Below, piece after piece: positions 62,111 to 64,000 of a DNA stretch of 64,000 bases (positions are counted from its first letter, which is position 1; every line of letters begins with the position of its first letter). A program made the position numbers and the translations under genes. The notes below the pieces were generated by a model, which ran no database searches, was not told the DNA's origin, and saw only the letters and a program-made list of their open reading frames with translations. The DNA comes from Ascidiella aspersa (lineage: Eukaryota), in NCBI GenBank assembly GCA_963924565.1, contig OZ004615.1, positions 7,564,001 through 7,628,000 on the forward strand. The letters are read 5' to 3'.

Positions 62111-63474
62111 TAGGGCTACCATATTTTCAGCACCAAAAAGAGGACATTTTTAGCCGCCAAGTAAAACGAAAGTAGAATTGTTACATTTTAGTTTGATGAT
62201 ATTTTACATTTCCTTGGTAGTTACAGGCAAAAGTTACGAAAACAAAGCAAAAGTTACAAAAACAACCAATCAAAATTATTTTTCAGCTTTAGCCCATGAA
62301 TACTTTGTGGTTCCCTTAACGTTTACCCATAGGAAATGATCATTTTGAACGAGATCGTGAAATTGTTTATACAAATTATCATTGAAATTTAAAGACTAAG
62401 AAAGAAAAATGAAATTATTTCCTGAAAACTACCTGTATGCTATAGAGTAGCCAGGTTGGAAAGTTTGGCCTGCGCGGGGGATTTATCCCCCGCGCAGTAG
62501 TACTTTCAACCGCGGTCACAGCCGCGCATTTTATAGAAAATGTGTTCAGCCGCGCAAATCTAGCTCGAGCAAACGCGCAAAACTTCAGCCGCGTAAACTT
62601 CTATGAAAACTTAACAAGCACAAAAAAAAATTGGCGTGCCGCATACCGAAGCTGCATAACATTTTTTAACGCTAGTATATAAGACGTATATAATATAATG
62701 CATCATATAGAATCCCCTGCGAAACGCTAAAAACGCACAGTTCGGCGTTTTGGTCACGCATCGGTGGATAATGGTCACGTGCATAGTGACGTCAAATTAG
62801 GCAATATCGAGTAATATTGCATATTAAATGCTATACTATTCAACTTTTTAAATATTTACCTGCGCACTGCGCCCGCACACCAACCAAAAATTGCGCAGTG
62901 ATTCAAGTATTCTATTAACGCTGTAAGTTTAATGTAAATTCGCAATTTACAACTTTCGGTAGCCTGATGGTTTATTTTCAGCCGCGCAAGTTCAAGTCGA
63001 AATTTTATTTTCAGCTGCGCATTTTTTCAGCTGCAAAACATCTCCCCCGCGCAATATCCAAAGTTTCCAATCTGGTAGAGTAGACTAACTGGACAAGCTT
63101 CTGTAAAAAATAAGATCATAGCCTATCATACAGTAAAACTGATAGTAGGCTATAGGCTACAAAACTCACACCTTTGCTTTAATAATGGGCCTTTCTAAAT
63201 GTGAGGTCCTGTTGCAAATTTTCTGGCGCAATATTTGCAATGCCAATCAAGAAGGTAGGGCAATTTGTTGAAAAACCTTTTCTAAACCAGCAATTCATTA
63301 TGTTTTATGGCTACAGTAATTTTTTGGAAATAAATACAACGTCTCGCCTAAAAGTCTTGTTGAAAGTTTAAGCTACTATCTCGAAATGTGAAATTAGAGG
63401 ACATTTAGGCACTATTGAGCATCCTCGGAGGATAATTCACTTTTTATGAGAAAAGAGGATATATGGTAGGCTTA
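62111..63474. mobile_element. Older non-autonomous hAT element (Blackjack-like termini) hosting a nested MITE
   Basis: TIR TAGGGCTACCATAT / TAAGCCTACCATAT (12/14). TSD TACTAGGA (62103-62110) / TACTAGGG (63475-63482). AAAAGAGGA motif near both ends. Confidence 0.72.
62451..63075. mobile_element. Nested hAT-type MITE
   Basis: TIR CCAGGTTGGAAAGTTTGG / CCAGATTGGAAACTTTGG (16/18). Perfect 8-bp TSD TAGAGTAG at 62443-62450 and 63076-63083. Internal CAGCCGCGCA repeats. Confidence 0.86.
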
Positions 63475-64000
63475 TACTAGGGTTCCTTTTGTTTCCAGAT
63501 TTTTTTACTCCCAAGAAAAATGGGATTGAAAAATGAAAATTCCCGTGAATCCCGACGAAATTTCAGTGTTCCTAATTAAGTCATTATGATGCTTAAAAAT
63601 ACTTTATATTAGCTCTAAACATTCAATTAAGCTCATCTATGTCTGTATCAATTGCTTCTGCAATCTTAACAGACCTTCGCATATTAAAGGCTGCACCCTT
63701 ATTTGTTTTTATTTAGAAAACAAGCGCATGGAGGCGCATTTTTATTGGTAAACTATATTTAATAAGTTTTTCTGACTGGTAAACGCAAATAAACCAACTC
63801 AGGCAACAACTTTAATAGGTTTGGTAATATTTTTTTTATTTATATTAGTCAATAATCAAACGTCTTTAAAGTTTTGCTAGATGTACATTTCTAGTTTTGT
63901 AAACTTTTTAAAAGGGTTTAGTTGAATTGTGAAGCTACCAACAATGAGCCAAAATAAAATGAGTAGGCAAAGAAAAACGTCAACTGGGATCCCGACAAGC

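Overview
Eukaryotic genomic DNA holding the 3' part of one very large, vertebrate-type titin (TTN/connectin) gene on the + strand, followed by about 5.7 kb of 3'UTR and intergenic DNA. GC-rich exons, short AT-rich introns and a chordate-type domain order suggest an invertebrate chordate, probably a tunicate (inference). I hand-spliced 65 exons from 2 to 58265 (5' partial). They sum to 43,605 nt (14,535 codons) with consistent phases and encode eleven 11-domain A-band C-zone super-repeats, the P-zone, titin kinase and an M-band tail ending in an M10-like Ig. The most notable observation is an unannotated, non-Ig/Fn coding exon inside the oversized intron 8589-10061. It can splice in frame into titin and may define an internal-start, cassette or terminal isoform. 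Other points: the kinase has fully canonical catalytic motifs, unlike the vertebrate pseudokinase. The M-band has 7 Ig domains rather than 10 and lacks the KSP repeats. 42 small introns sit next to a 17.6-kb exon. Acidic insertions recur in one loop of super-repeat domain 11. Four hAT-type MITEs lie downstream, one nested in another. Comparisons to human titin come from recall and need alignment to confirm.
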